Both the position numbers and the translations under genes were made by a program. Under the pieces are notes generated by a model, which was given only the letters and a program-made list of their open reading frames with translations, was not told the origin of the DNA and did not search any database. DNA of 64,000 bases, taken from assembly GCA_965202785.1 (NCBI GenBank), contig OZ241855.1, positions 768,001 through 832,000 on the forward strand. The letters run 5' to 3'. This DNA is from Thermodesulfobacteriota bacterium. Lineage in GTDB: Bacteria > Desulfobacterota_D > UBA1144 > Nemesobacterales > Nemesobacteraceae. Below, one piece after another: positions 29,107 to 38,989 of this stretch. Numbering within the stretch: the first letter of the stretch is position 1; each line of letters opens with the position of its first letter.

Positions 29107-29462
29107 TTGATGCGGCCTGCGAGTTTTTTTATCTCCGAGTAAAGTTCAGAGAACTTCTTGCCCGATACGTCGTTCTTTATTACGAACACCACGTCGTTTG
29201 AGGAAAACGCGGGCTTGTTCCTCCTGAAAACTTCCCTCAGCATCCTTTTCATCCTGTTTCTCCTGACAGAACTTGCCGACGCTTTTTTGCCCACGGACAC
29301 TCCTAGGCGGGGAAACCCAAGAGTGTTGGGCTTCGCGTAGAGTATGAAGTTTTCCGAGTGGGTTTTAGTGCCTTCTGAGAGTATGTTGCGAAAGTCGCGG
29401 GATGTTTTTATCTTGAATTTTGAGGGAAACGAGTTGTCGAACTCAAACGCTACTTTTTCCAT
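29103..29462 (-). CDS. rnpA: Ribonuclease P protein component
   Basis: RLGVSVGKK and RNR motif ([12 protein letters not shown]); canonical position after rpmH. Confidence 0.93.
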   Translation of the reverse strand: MEKVAFEFDNSFPSKFKIKTSRDFRNILSEGTKTHSENFILYAKPNTLGFPRLGVSVGKKASASSVRRNRMKRMLREVFRRNKPAFSSNDVVFVIKNDVSGKKFSELYSEIKKLAGRIK

Positions 29463-29599
29463 CTCCCAACTGTGAGAACGTATCTTCCCTTGGCAGTCCT
29501 TCTCCTAAGTATGCTCCTGCCTCCCCTTGTGCTCAGCCTGGCGCGGAAGCCGTGCGTTCTGAGCCTCTTTTTTACGTGCGGTTGATAAGTCCTTTTCAT
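29450..29599 (-). CDS. rpmH: 50S ribosomal protein L34 (not in ORF track)
   Basis: Manual translation: [49 protein letters not shown]. Confidence 0.97.
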   Translation of the reverse strand: MKRTYQPHVKKRLRTHGFRARLSTRGGRSILRRRTAKGRYVLTVGRWKK

Positions 29600-29610
29600 A
29601 GTGGGGGGTC

Positions 29611-29639
29611 AGAATAACACGTAAGGATTTGAAGGTCAA
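29611..29639 (-). promoter_or_regulatory. rpmH operon promoter
   Basis: TTGACC-N17-TATTCT with an extended TGn, 11 nt before the ATG. Confidence 0.65.
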
Positions 29640-29700
29640 GGGAAAACAGGGAACTCGGGAATCCGCGGCGTGGGCACGACACTGGAGGCTTCGCCGCAGA

Positions 29701-29742
29701 TTGACAACAAACAAGTTCTTGTAAATAATTGATACCCATCAA
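29701..29742 (+). promoter_or_regulatory. oadGAB promoter with an FNR/CRP-family box
   Basis: TTGACA-N17-AATAAT immediately followed by TTGAT-accc-ATCAA (29729-29742). Confidence 0.6.
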
Positions 29743-29774
29743 ATTCAAACGGTTTTTGAGATTCTTCGTCCACT

Positions 29775-29999
29775 ATGATCCTTGAAGGCGTAAAACTCAT
29801 GGTCATTGGTATGACCATAGTATATGTTTTTCTGCTTGTATTGATGATAAGCGTGATGCTGTCTGCGAAGCTTTTTAAAGACAGCGATGTGCATGCGCCC
29901 TCGGATTCCGGGGCGTCCAAAAAATCCAGAAGGGACGTCATTCCAGTCATAGCCGCGGCAGTTGCGGCCTACAAGGCGAAGCATGCCGGCGACGGCTAG
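29775..29999 (+). CDS. oadG: Na+-translocating decarboxylase gamma subunit
   Basis: Single TM (GMTIVYVFLLVL) and VIAAAVAAY tail; precedes oadA/oadB. Confidence 0.85.
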   Translation: MILEGVKLMVIGMTIVYVFLLVLMISVMLSAKLFKDSDVHAPSDSGASKKSRRDVIPVIAAAVAAYKAKHAGDG

Positions 30000-30024
30000 A
30001 TCTTGAAAATCTCAGGGTCTTGTC

Positions 30025-31842
30025 ATGAAAAAAATATTATTTCAGGATACATCCTTTCGCGACGGGTTTCAGTCCGTTTTCGGCGCGAGGGTGCTTACAG
30101 AAGACTTCATCCCGGCTGTCGAAGCCGCCAGGGAAGCCGGGATAACCCACTTTGAGGCTGGCGGGGGAGCCAGGTTCCAGAGCCTGTTTCTTTACTGCGG
30201 GGAGTCCGCTTTTGATATGATGGACCGCTTCCGGGAGGCAGCGGGACCGGATGCTAACCTGCAGACCCTTGCAAGGGGGATCAATGTTGTTGCCCTGTCC
30301 CAGCAGCCCAAGGACATGATAGATCTCCACGCCAGGATGTTCAAAAAACATGGCATAACTCACATAAGAAACTTCGACGCCTTAAACGACGTAAGAAATC
30401 TCGAGTACTCGGGTCAGTGCATAAGAAATGCAGGCCTGCACCACCAGGCCGTGGTAACGCTCATGGAGCTTCCTCCAGGCTGCGAAGGAGCCCACGACGT
30501 GGATTTCTATATAGACAGGCTGAGGAAAATACTTGATTCGGGGCTTCCCTACGATTCCATATGCTTCAAGGACGCTTCCGGGACCTCGAATCCCAAAAAG
30601 ATTTACGAGACCGTGAAGGCCGCGAGAAAGCTTGTCGGAGAGGACGTCATTCTCTGGGTGCACACCCATGAGACGGCCGCCCAGGGAGTCAACCAGTACA
30701 TGGCCGGCATAAACGGCGGTTGCGACGGGATCTGCGTCGCGAGAGCCCCCGTTTCCGGGGGAACCTCCCAGCCCGACCTTATATCCATGTGGAACGCACT
30801 TAAGGGGACGGAGTACACCTTGGATGTGGACATAACCAAGGTTCTCGAGGCGAATTCCGTGTTCAGGGAATGCATGTCCGGCTATTATTTCCCGCCCGAA
30901 GCCCTTCGGGTCTCCTCGGAGGTTCTTCTCTCTCCGATGCCCGGCGGAGCGCTTACCGCAAACACCATGATGATGAGAGACACGGGCACCCTTGATCTTT
31001 ATCCGCAGGTGATCGAGGCTATGAGCGAATGCGTTGCCAAGGGTGGATTCGGAACATCGGTTACCCCGGTTTCCCAGTTCTATTTCCAGCAGGCTTACGC
31101 CAACGTCACCCAGGGGACTTGGAAGAAGATCACCGACGGTTACGGGAACATGGTGCTCGGCTATTTCGGACGCACGCCCGTCGATCCCGACCCCGAAGTC
31201 GTGGCGATAGCGGAAGAGCAGATGGGCAAGCCCCGCTTTGATGGCGACCCGCTCGACATACTTGAGCCCGGCATTCCGAAGGCAACCGAGATTCTCGAAA
31301 AAGAAGGCCTTCCCGTCACCGAGGAAAACATATTCATAGTCGGGGCGCTTCAGACTCAGGGCGGAAACAAGGGCCTTGACTTTCTCAAGGGGAATTTCAG
31401 CGTCAACGTAAGAAAAGACAAGCCTGAAGAGCAGCCTCAGCAGGGACGCGGTCTCGGTACGAGCGTAGCGTCGAAGGTGTCCGGTACCGGGGAAAACTTC
31501 GTCATTACGGTTGACGGGAGAAGCTACAATGTGACCGTAAAGGAAGGAACTTCGGAGGTTGCCTCGGTAACTGAAGCTCCCGCTCCTAAGACATCCTCTG
31601 TGATGGATGAAGATTCTCCCGATGTTGTGGCCGTTACGGCGAGCGTGCCCGGCAACATATACAGGGTGCAGGTCAGCGTGGGTGACAAGATAAAGGAAAA
31701 TCAGACGCTGATCATGCTTGAAGCCATGAAGATGGAAACTCCGGTTGCCTCTCCGTGCGACGGGGAAGTGGTATCCATAGAGGTCGAACAGGGACAGGTA
31801 GTAGAGACGGGTCAGCTTATCCTCACCATTCTTCCCTCTTGA
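30025..31842 (+). CDS. oadA: Oxaloacetate decarboxylase alpha subunit (carboxyltransferase plus biotinyl domain)
   Basis: Motifs RDGFQS, FDALND, KDASG, HTH, MPGG and VTPVSQ; biotin site EAMKME. Confidence 0.88.
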   Translation: MKKILFQDTSFRDGFQSVFGARVLTEDFIPAVEAAREAGITHFEAGGGARFQSLFLYCGESAFDMMDRFREAAGPDANLQTLARGINVVALSQQPKDMIDLHARMFKKHGITHIRNFDALNDVRNLEYSGQCIRNAGLHHQAVVTLMELPPGCEGAHDVDFYIDRLRKILDSGLPYDSICFKDASGTSNPKKIYETVKAARKLVGEDVILWVHTHETAAQGVNQYMAGINGGCDGICVARAPVSGGTSQPDLISMWNALKGTEYTLDVDITKVLEANSVFRECMSGYYFPPEALRVSSEVLLSPMPGGALTANTMMMRDTGTLDLYPQVIEAMSECVAKGGFGTSVTPVSQFYFQQAYANVTQGTWKKITDGYGNMVLGYFGRTPVDPDPEVVAIAEEQMGKPRFDGDPLDILEPGIPKATEILEKEGLPVTEENIFIVGALQTQGGNKGLDFLKGNFSVNVRKDKPEEQPQQGRGLGTSVASKVSGTGENFVITVDGRSYNVTVKEGTSEVASVTEAPAPKTSSVMDEDSPDVVAVTASVPGNIYRVQVSVGDKIKENQTLIMLEAMKMETPVASPCDGEVVSIEVEQGQVVETGQLILTILPS

Positions 31843-31846
31843 GCGC

Positions 31847-33145
31847 ATGAAAAAATTCATACTTATTTTCGCAGTCCTTGCGTTTTCCCTGGGAATGTTC
31901 ACCGGGGCACCCGACTGTCTCGGGGAGACGGTAAGCGACGCGGCGGCCGTCGCGGAGCAACCCAACGAGCTTGCATCTTTTTCCCAGCTTTTGAAAAACG
32001 TTGCTACCAGTACCGGCATCTACGGATTTATTGCGGGCAACGCAATTTCTTGGGTTAACGGGTTCGGGATGTTCTTGATGATCCTGGTAGGATTCCTTCT
32101 TCTCTATCTGGGGATTGCGAAGAAATTCGAACCTCTTCTTCTGGTTACGATAGCTTTCGGGTGCATATTGGCCAACATTCCGCTTGCGGGGATAAACGAC
32201 CCCGGCGGGGTACTTTACTACGTGTACGATGTTGGTATAAAGACCGGTATTTTCCCCCTTCTGATATTCATGGGGGTGGGGGCGCTTACCGATTTCGGCC
32301 CGCTTCTGGCTAACCCCAAGACGGTTCTTCTGGGGGGTGCGGCGCAGTTCGGCATCTTCTCGACATTGATCGGCGCACTCGTGCTTACCCAGTTCGTGCC
32401 CGGAATCGATTTTTCCCTAAAAGATGCGGCGTCGATAGGAATAATAGGGTCAGCGGACGGACCGACCTCTATTTACATTTCTTCGCAGCTCTCCCCGAGG
32501 CTTCTCGGTGCGGTCTCGGTCGCCGCGTATTCCTACATGGCTCTCGTGCCGATAATCCAGCCCCCGATAATGAAAGCTCTTACTTCTCCTGAAGAGAGAA
32601 AAATAAGGATGAGCCAGCTTCGTCCGGTGGCGAAAAGAGAAAGAATAATGTTTCCGCTGATCGCTCTTACTCTCTGCCTTCTTTTTCTTCCATCTGCGGC
32701 GCCTCTAATCGGTTTTTTCGCTTTCGGCAACCTGATGAGGGAGTGCGGAGTGGTCGACCGGCTCTCGGATACGACGAGAAACGCGCTTATCAACATAGTT
32801 ACGATCTTTCTCGGCCTCGGAGTCGGCTCGCAGCTTCTTGCCTCCGAATTTCTTTCCCTTGAGACTCTTGGCATACTTCTTCTGGGGATCGTGGCTTTCT
32901 GCATAGGCACGGCCTGCGGGGTGCTGATGGCCAAGCTTATGAATGTTTTCTCCGAAACCAAGATCAATCCCCTGATCGGTTCGGCAGGGGTTTCGGCGGT
33001 TCCGATGGCCGCTCGCGTCTCTCAGGATATGGGGGCCAAGGAAGACCCCCAGAACGTACTTCTGATGCACGCCATGGGTCCGAACGTGGCAGGGGTCGTG
33101 GGTTCGGCTGTAGCGGCAGGAGTGCTGCTTGCGGTTTTCCAGTAA
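31847..33145 (+). CDS. oadB: Na+-translocating decarboxylase beta subunit
   Basis: Motifs [45 protein letters not shown] and HAMGPNVAG. Confidence 0.95.
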   Translation: MKKFILIFAVLAFSLGMFTGAPDCLGETVSDAAAVAEQPNELASFSQLLKNVATSTGIYGFIAGNAISWVNGFGMFLMILVGFLLLYLGIAKKFEPLLLVTIAFGCILANIPLAGINDPGGVLYYVYDVGIKTGIFPLLIFMGVGALTDFGPLLANPKTVLLGGAAQFGIFSTLIGALVLTQFVPGIDFSLKDAASIGIIGSADGPTSIYISSQLSPRLLGAVSVAAYSYMALVPIIQPPIMKALTSPEERKIRMSQLRPVAKRERIMFPLIALTLCLLFLPSAAPLIGFFAFGNLMRECGVVDRLSDTTRNALINIVTIFLGLGVGSQLLASEFLSLETLGILLLGIVAFCIGTACGVLMAKLMNVFSETKINPLIGSAGVSAVPMAARVSQDMGAKEDPQNVLLMHAMGPNVAGVVGSAVAAGVLLAVFQ

Positions 33146-33186
33146 ATTTCTGACTTGTTAGAGGAGATGTTTCCGCGGAGTCTGCG

Positions 33187-33948
33187 ATGAGATTTAAAGG
33201 ACGCTCGGCAATTATTACCGGTGGAGGAACGGGAATCGGGGAAGCGACGGCGCTTTTGCTGGCGCGAAACGGAGCCAGGGTTCTGATTACCGGAAGAAGG
33301 GAAGAGAAGCTAAAAGAGCTATGCAGCAGGGCAGAGGAAGAAGGACTTTCTATAGAGTACAAGGTCTGTGACGTTTCAATCGAGAGCGACTGCGCGGCCA
33401 CCGTGGAGACCGCTTTTCGCGAGCACGGAAAGATCGATATTCTTTTTAACAACGCCGGTATCATTTTTTCCGGCCCCTTTCACGAAGTCGAGACCGAAAG
33501 GTTTCAGCAGATTTTCGACATAAACGTGAAGGGACCGTTCATGATGTGCAAATACGCGATTCCTCACATGATTTCTGCGGGCAGAGGCTTTATCGTCAAT
33601 AACTCTTCCGTTATAGGGTTAAAGGGTTTTGCTGGACTTTCGGCCTACTCGGCATCCAAAGGGGCCCTTGTTCAGTTAACAAGAAGCATGGCCCTTGAGT
33701 ACGCGGACAAGGGACTCAGGATAAACGCTGTCTGTCCCGGCGGGGTTTGGACGCCAATGTTCGACTCCTATCTTGAGAGAGCCGAAGATGCCGAAGCGGC
33801 CCAGGCTTTTATGGAGTCGCTTCACCCCATGGGACGGCTGGCCGACCCGTACGAAATAGCTGAAGCGGTTCTGTTTCTCTGCGATGATAAGGTCATGTTC
33901 AACACGGGCTCAATGCTTTCAATAGACGGTGGTATTATAGCCAAGTGA
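33187..33948 (+). CDS. Short-chain dehydrogenase/reductase
   Basis: Motifs TGGGTGIG, NNAG, YSASK and NAVCPG. Confidence 0.95.
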   Translation: MRFKGRSAIITGGGTGIGEATALLLARNGARVLITGRREEKLKELCSRAEEEGLSIEYKVCDVSIESDCAATVETAFREHGKIDILFNNAGIIFSGPFHEVETERFQQIFDINVKGPFMMCKYAIPHMISAGRGFIVNNSSVIGLKGFAGLSAYSASKGALVQLTRSMALEYADKGLRINAVCPGGVWTPMFDSYLERAEDAEAAQAFMESLHPMGRLADPYEIAEAVLFLCDDKVMFNTGSMLSIDGGIIAK

Positions 33949-34020
33949 TTGCTGGGAACCGGCCTCGAGAAACGCCTTTTTTGCCTTCCGCCCATGTCTT
34001 TTCAATTCAGGTTTTTGCCC

Positions 34021-34076
34021 TTGACGGTTCACAATAACTGATTACAATAAGAGCTAATTGAAAATCATTCTCATTT
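34021..34076 (+). promoter_or_regulatory. Promoter and Fur-type operator upstream of the Fur-family gene
   Basis: TTGACG-N16-TACAAT; AATTGAAAAT-C-ATTCTCATTT is a 7-1-7 Fur-like box with core at 34059-34073. Confidence 0.7.
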
Positions 34077-34086
34077 AACAATTCTC

Positions 34087-34533
34087 ATGAAGAAAGATTT
34101 TGAATGCACTCAAGAATCGTATGCCAGAGAGATTCTGCGGGAAAAAGGGCTCAAATCCACTGTGCAGCGCCTAGCTGTCGTTCATGTTCTTCACACGAGC
34201 CGAAAATCGCTTTCGGTCGGTGAAATACACGACAAGGTGAAGGAGATGCTCGACACCACGGGGCTTGCCACCATCTACAGAACCCTTGAAATGTTCGAGG
34301 ACTTGGGCATCGTAAAGCGCCTTCATTTTCCCGACGGCAGTCGCGGTTACGCGTTTTCCCAAGGCGAACACGTTCATCACATGGTGTGCGTTGACTGCAG
34401 GGGGGTTTTCGATTTCCCCGAGTGTCCGGTGGAGAGTTTTGATTACGCTTCGGTTGAAAAGCAGGGGTTCAGAGTGAAGGATCATTTTGTACAGCTTTTC
34501 GGCCAGTGCGGGAAGTGCGCAGAGGCAGCTTAA
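34087..34533 (+). CDS. Fur-family transcriptional regulator (Fur/Zur)
   Basis: Motifs TVQRLAV, GLATIYRTL, HVHHMVCVDC and GQCGKC. Confidence 0.93.
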   Translation: MKKDFECTQESYAREILREKGLKSTVQRLAVVHVLHTSRKSLSVGEIHDKVKEMLDTTGLATIYRTLEMFEDLGIVKRLHFPDGSRGYAFSQGEHVHHMVCVDCRGVFDFPECPVESFDYASVEKQGFRVKDHFVQLFGQCGKCAEAA

Positions 34534-34537
34534 CAAT

Positions 34538-34927
34538 ATGATGAACCCGCTAAGAATTCAGAGACTCACCGATTACACCTCGATATCCCTTGCGGGTATC
34601 TGCGTCGTCCATTGTCTTCTGACGCCGGTGGCGCTCATACTGTTTCCGGTCTTGGGTTCGACGTTTATATTTGAAGAGTTTTTCCATGAGTTGCTGCTCT
34701 TTCTGGTCATTCCCGCAAGCGTGGTCGCCATATTTCTCGGCTGCAAACGCCACAGGGATTTCAACGTGATAATGCTGGGAATCCTGGGACTGGGCTTCCT
34801 TCTGGTAGGAGCATTTGCGGCTACGGGCTACCAGGAATACGTTTTTACTTTTATCGGCGCTTTTATCATGATTTCCGGACACCTGCGCAATTTCAGGCTT
34901 TGCAGGAAATACTGCTGCGATCACTGA
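34538..34927 (+). CDS. MerC-domain membrane protein
   Basis: LAGICVVHCLLTP, HELL, GCKRH and GHLRN motifs with a Cys/His tail; 4 TM segments. Confidence 0.85.
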   Translation: MMNPLRIQRLTDYTSISLAGICVVHCLLTPVALILFPVLGSTFIFEEFFHELLLFLVIPASVVAIFLGCKRHRDFNVIMLGILGLGFLLVGAFAATGYQEYVFTFIGAFIMISGHLRNFRLCRKYCCDH

Positions 34928-35006
34928 TCCCCAAAGAAATTTAAAATTTTTCTTGAAAACAGTTTTTTTTCGTGGATAATAACCATTCACTTTTTCGGGG
35001 GTTGCA

Positions 35007-35168
35007 ATGGGAAAGTCGTTAAACAGAGTACTTGTCAAGATGAAGAGCACCGAGAGTCCTTACATCTACTACACGAAGAAAAACAAGATGAATACTCCAG
35101 ACCGTCTTGAATTGAAAAAGTACGACCCGGTGATAAGAAAGCACGTCGTCTTTAAGGAGACCAAGTAG
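35007..35168 (+). CDS. rpmG: 50S ribosomal protein L33, Zn-free (C-) type (not in ORF track)
   Basis: Manual translation: [53 protein letters not shown]. Confidence 0.96.
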   Translation: MGKSLNRVLVKMKSTESPYIYYTKKNKMNTPDRLELKKYDPVIRKHVVFKETK

Positions 35169-35183
35169 TCAGAGGAAATCACG

Positions 35184-35423
35184 ATGGCCCGCCGTTGCGC
35201 TATAACAGGAAAAAAACCCCTTTTCGGAAACAACGTCTCTCACGCGAACAACCACGTTAAAAGACGCCAGAATCCGAACCTGCACTGGAAGAGAATCTAC
35301 GTTCCCGAGCTAGACAGGTACGTGAGGATAAGGATTTCTGCCCGTGCGCTGAGAACGATCACCAAAAAGGGTCTTATGCCCTATCTGAGGGATGAGGGTC
35401 TTACCCTGAGGGATATAACCTAA
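35184..35423 (+). CDS. rpmB: 50S ribosomal protein L28, Zn-free (C-) type
   Basis: MARRCAITGKKPLFGNNVSHANN...PNL; only one Cys. Confidence 0.96.
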   Translation: MARRCAITGKKPLFGNNVSHANNHVKRRQNPNLHWKRIYVPELDRYVRIRISARALRTITKKGLMPYLRDEGLTLRDIT

Positions 35424-35500
35424 CCGCTTCCTTCCTGCCGCAAGTATAAATTACCATTAATGCATTTCCCTTAAGCCGTATTGAGATACAGGGGAAACTG

Positions 35501-36205
35501 ATGTCCAAGAAAAATCTAGTCGCCAAGCAGGTAGTACGCTGTTCAATCATCTCGGAAAACGCGGAAATGGGAGACGAATTTTTTCCGGCTCACTTGTCAG
35601 TTGCTCTTATTGATGCGGTATTCAATCCTCGGCTTCGTTATAAGACAATGGTTGTACCGATCGTTGAACGGTACTGCCGCCGTTTCGTCCTTCGCAGAAC
35701 GAGGATCGACCGGAAAAACCTGCCTCCGGTGGAAGAACAGGAGACGCTTCGGGATCTGGTCGGTCACTACAAAGAGTACGGTCAGGAATATATGAGAGAA
35801 GAAGTTTTTGCTGCCCGCTACCGTTCGCCGGGAACAGATATTACGAAAGCCGAAAACGTTCTTCTCACCGCGGCTGAACTGCAAAAAATCGGAATCGACA
35901 CACTTCAGGATGCGCGCGGGGCTTCTCTTGAGCGTCCCGGAGAAATTAAGAATGCTCTTATAAAGTTGCACGGAATTGGCCAAAGGACAATTAATATGTT
36001 CCTCATGTACTCAGGCAACGACGATTTCGTGAAGGGTGACGTTCATGTCTGCAGATTTGTGGAAAAAGCGCTGGGAAGGAAAGTTTCCGCCACAGAGGCT
36101 GAAAAATCCGTTAAGGAAGCCGCACGGGAACTCAAAATCTCCCCTAGGATTCTCGACTACAAAATATGGGAGTACGAATCGCAGTTTAAACCAGCCAAGA
36201 AATAA
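35501..36205 (+). CDS. HhH-GPD/endonuclease III-superfamily-like hypothetical protein
   Basis: Helix-hairpin-helix LIKLHGIGQRT followed by VKGDVHVCRF; C-terminal LDYKIW. Confidence 0.6.
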   Translation: MSKKNLVAKQVVRCSIISENAEMGDEFFPAHLSVALIDAVFNPRLRYKTMVVPIVERYCRRFVLRRTRIDRKNLPPVEEQETLRDLVGHYKEYGQEYMREEVFAARYRSPGTDITKAENVLLTAAELQKIGIDTLQDARGASLERPGEIKNALIKLHGIGQRTINMFLMYSGNDDFVKGDVHVCRFVEKALGRKVSATEAEKSVKEAARELKISPRILDYKIWEYESQFKPAKK

Positions 36206-37073
36206 CGAACGGAAGAACCAGAAGGGAAACTGCCGTTCCGGCCACTATTATTGACGCGACCGTCTCGGAGTCCCTGCCGTATTTCTCCGCGAGCACGAAG
36301 TTGAAAACCGCCGGAGGCATTGCGCATTCCAAGATAACCACTTTCGCCTCCACTCCCTTCAGACCGAACAGATTCACGAACAGCGCTCCGAGGATTACGC
36401 CGAGAAATATTCTGGCGGAGCCGAAGAAAAAGGAAAGCCAAAGCCTGGAGATCTTCATCTCAGAGAGTTTGTATCCGAGCGAGAAGAGCATTGCGGGTAT
36501 GGTGATATCCCCGAGAAGGGCTACGGGCCTCTCGATAACTACCGGGATTTGAATGCTGGCCGAGTTTATGATTATTCCGGCTACGGTGGCGTATATCAGG
36601 GGAAGCCTGAATATCTCGCGCAGATGATTCTTTCCGGACCCGAGAATCAGGATTCCCACCGTGTAGTGAAGCAGCATGGTAGAAACGACGCAGAGTATCG
36701 CGATGTTGAACCCATACTGTCCGAACGCGAAAAGACAAAGAGGAAGTCCCAGGTTTCCCGTGTTCGCGAAAACCACGGGAGGCAGATATATCCTCGAGTC
36801 AAGCCGAAACGCTTTCGTAAGCGCCCCGCCGATTATTATGGTAGAGAAAATGACTGCCGATATCGAGAGAAACAGCTTTGCCGTCACAGACGGGTTCATC
36901 GTGAAATCCGAGAGAGACGAGATTATCAAACACGGCGTGGTCACGTAGACCACAAGATCGTTGATCGAGGATATGTCTATTTTTTTCGTCCTGCTGAAGA
37001 GAAAACCCGCGGCGATTACAAGAAACGCCGGCAGGACGATGTTTGCAAGCTCTGGGATTGAGGAAAGAGTCAT
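36186..37073 (-). CDS. AEC (auxin efflux carrier)-family transporter
   Basis: Motifs FANTGNLGLP, PAMLFSLG and AMPPAVFN; multi-TM. Confidence 0.9.
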   Translation of the reverse strand: MTLSSIPELANIVLPAFLVIAAGFLFSRTKKIDISSINDLVVYVTTPCLIISSLSDFTMNPSVTAKLFLSISAVIFSTIIIGGALTKAFRLDSRIYLPPVVFANTGNLGLPLCLFAFGQYGFNIAILCVVSTMLLHYTVGILILGSGKNHLREIFRLPLIYATVAGIIINSASIQIPVVIERPVALLGDITIPAMLFSLGYKLSEMKISRLWLSFFFGSARIFLGVILGALFVNLFGLKGVEAKVVILECAMPPAVFNFVLAEKYGRDSETVASIIVAGTAVSLLVLPFVISWLV

Positions 37074-37143
37074 GTTCTGCGTTTTTCCGTGAAGAAAAAA
37101 AGTTACGTCTTGGGTGAACAGGGTGTGGAGTCGGCGAAGGTCT

Positions 37144-38121
37144 TCAGAGTCTTACCACTGAAGCTCCCCAGGTAAAACCGGCTCCGAAAGCAGCGAACAG
37201 CACCAGATTTCCTTCTTTTACCCTTCCTTGGCGAATCGCCTCGTCGAGTGCCAGCGGAACTGAAGCCCCTGAGGTGTTTCCATACCTGTCTAGGTTTACA
37301 AACACTTTTTCTTCCGGGAAATTCAGCCTCTTTCTTACTGCTTCCAGAATTCTTTGGTTTGCTTGGTGAGGAACGAAAAGATCGATATCTTCGGGCGCAA
37401 GATCGGCTTCCTTAATGGCGTTTATGGTTGCCGACTCTATGCTCTTGACCGCGACTTTGAAGACGTCGTTTCCCTTCATCTTTATGTACTGCTCCCTGCT
37501 CTTAAGCACTTCTTCGTCAATCGGCGTTCTCGATCCTCCCGCTGGAACATAGAGAAGGTCCCAGTCGTTTCCGTCCGAACTGAGAATGGATGAGAGAATT
37601 CCCGGCTCGTCAGAAGCGGTGAGCACAGCTGCGCCCGCCCCGTCGCCAAAAAGTATGCAGGTTGAACGATCCTCGAAGTCGGTAACCTTCGAGAGAGTAT
37701 CGACCCCTATCACGAGAATTTTCTCCGCGCCGCCCGATTTTATTATTCCCTCGGCTACGTGAAGCGTGTAAAGAAACCCGGAACAACCGGCCATAAGATC
37801 AAAAGCATAGGCGTTTTTTGCTCCTAGGAGGCTCTGTAACACGCAGCCTGTTGAAGGAAAAAGGAAATCGGGGGTGATGGTTCCGACTATGATTACGTCA
37901 AGATCGCTTGGGTTTACGCTTGCCGCCTTCAGGGCTTTTTCGGCAGCTTCATAAGCGATATCAGAAGAAGCGGTATCCTCATCCGCGATTCTGCGTTCCT
38001 TTATTCCTGTTCTGGACGTAATCCACTCGTCGGAGGTTTCTACCATGTTTTCCAGGTCGGAATTGGAAAGTATGGCATCGGGAACCGAAGAACCGGTTCC
38101 TATGATTTTTACGTACTTCAA
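37144..38121 (-). CDS. fabH: 3-oxoacyl-ACP synthase III
   Basis: Motifs ETSDEWITSRTGIKERR, AGCSGF, LFGDGAGA, PHQANQRI and YGNTSGAS; TTG start at 38121 with a GGAGAG RBS (the ORF-track N-terminal extension is spurious). Confidence 0.95.
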   Translation of the reverse strand: MKYVKIIGTGSSVPDAILSNSDLENMVETSDEWITSRTGIKERRIADEDTASSDIAYEAAEKALKAASVNPSDLDVIIVGTITPDFLFPSTGCVLQSLLGAKNAYAFDLMAGCSGFLYTLHVAEGIIKSGGAEKILVIGVDTLSKVTDFEDRSTCILFGDGAGAAVLTASDEPGILSSILSSDGNDWDLLYVPAGGSRTPIDEEVLKSREQYIKMKGNDVFKVAVKSIESATINAIKEADLAPEDIDLFVPHQANQRILEAVRKRLNFPEEKVFVNLDRYGNTSGASVPLALDEAIRQGRVKEGNLVLFAAFGAGFTWGASVVRL

Positions 38122-38162
38122 ATTGTAATCTCTCTCTCCGAAGCGGTTAGCGCAATGATAGT

Positions 38163-38636
38163 TTAAAGCCTCGGTTTTGTCAAACGCTCGCCAATTGAAG
38201 AAAAAGCCTCGTTCAGCGGCTCCATCTCGGCTTCGGTCATCTCCGCTGTGACCGATTGATGCGTCTCGTCGCAGAGAAAAATAAGGGAGTACTTTCTTAA
38301 TTTTACTAGAGTGGATAGAAAAAAAGTTTCCTCCGAGGACTCGATGAGGAAGAAGTACTCGTATTTGAGCCGTAGATCTTTTCCAGTCGTTATCCTTATT
38401 TCCATGGCGACCGAGGGAAATTCCTCTTTTTCGACCGTGAAAAACCGAGTTGATACTTTCCGAATATCGGCAAGCGCGGCGACTTTTTCCGGGCTTTCCT
38501 TGAAAATCATCAAGCATTCCTCTGCTGTTGAGTGCGGTACGCAGCCGTAGAGAATTTGGGAGAGCGCTATTTGCAGTTCAGCATCCTGCTCAAGCGTGTC
38601 ATATGTTGTTTGAGGCGTTGAAAATATGCTTGACAT
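38163..38636 (-). CDS. Hypothetical protein upstream of fabH
   Basis: 157-aa ORF filling the gap, co-oriented with fabH; no recognisable motif. Confidence 0.6.
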   Translation of the reverse strand: MSSIFSTPQTTYDTLEQDAELQIALSQILYGCVPHSTAEECLMIFKESPEKVAALADIRKVSTRFFTVEKEEFPSVAMEIRITTGKDLRLKYEYFFLIESSEETFFLSTLVKLRKYSLIFLCDETHQSVTAEMTEAEMEPLNEAFSSIGERLTKPRL

Positions 38637-38740
38637 ACTGTTTGATCAATCAGTATCATTAAAAATAGGATTTCTTGCGGACTTTAGGTTCGTGGTTCCG
38701 GCATAGTAGTATAAAGAGTATCAGGAGGATAGATAGTCTC

Positions 38741-38989
38741 ATGACAATACAAGGTAATGAGTTGGTGCTGTTAGCCATCGTAATTCTTATCATAGGGATA
38801 GTCCTTATGTTAAACGAAGGAGGAGGAGGTGGACAGCAGGCTGCCGAACCACCCGCTCCGCCTGAACCCCAGGAGTCCCAGAGCGATGCGGATCCTTTTC
38901 AGTCCGCACAGGCGGCGCCTCAGGAGGCGAGCGCTGCAGCTCCCGCCGCTCCCTCGGGAGAAGCGGACCCTTTTCAGGCCCCGCAATAA
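38741..38989 (+). CDS. Small single-TM protein with an acidic/Ala/Pro tail carrying DPFQ repeats
   Basis: AGGAGG RBS and ATG 38741; TM LVLLAIVILIIGIVLML; two DPFQ motifs 25 aa apart; upstream TTGACA-N18-TATCAT. Confidence 0.7.
   Translation: MTIQGNELVLLAIVILIIGIVLMLNEGGGGGQQAAEPPAPPEPQESQSDADPFQSAQAAPQEASAAAPAAPSGEADPFQAPQ

Noticed and set aside
29600-29774. oriC candidate upstream of rpmH, or a Na+ riboswitch before oadG
   Set aside because: No clustered TTATCCACA boxes, and the predicted oadG leader is only about 40 nt, too short for an aptamer I could recognise
30382-32019. 545-aa antisense ORF over oadA/oadB
   Set aside because: It lies wholly opposite well-conserved genes and has no motifs; a shadow ORF caused by codon bias
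38122-38517. 132-aa N-terminal extension of FabH in the ORF track (similar extensions on jag, gltX, ino1, cofD and smc)
   Set aside because: Homology begins at a downstream start with an RBS or promoter, and the extensions overlap neighbouring genes or promoters
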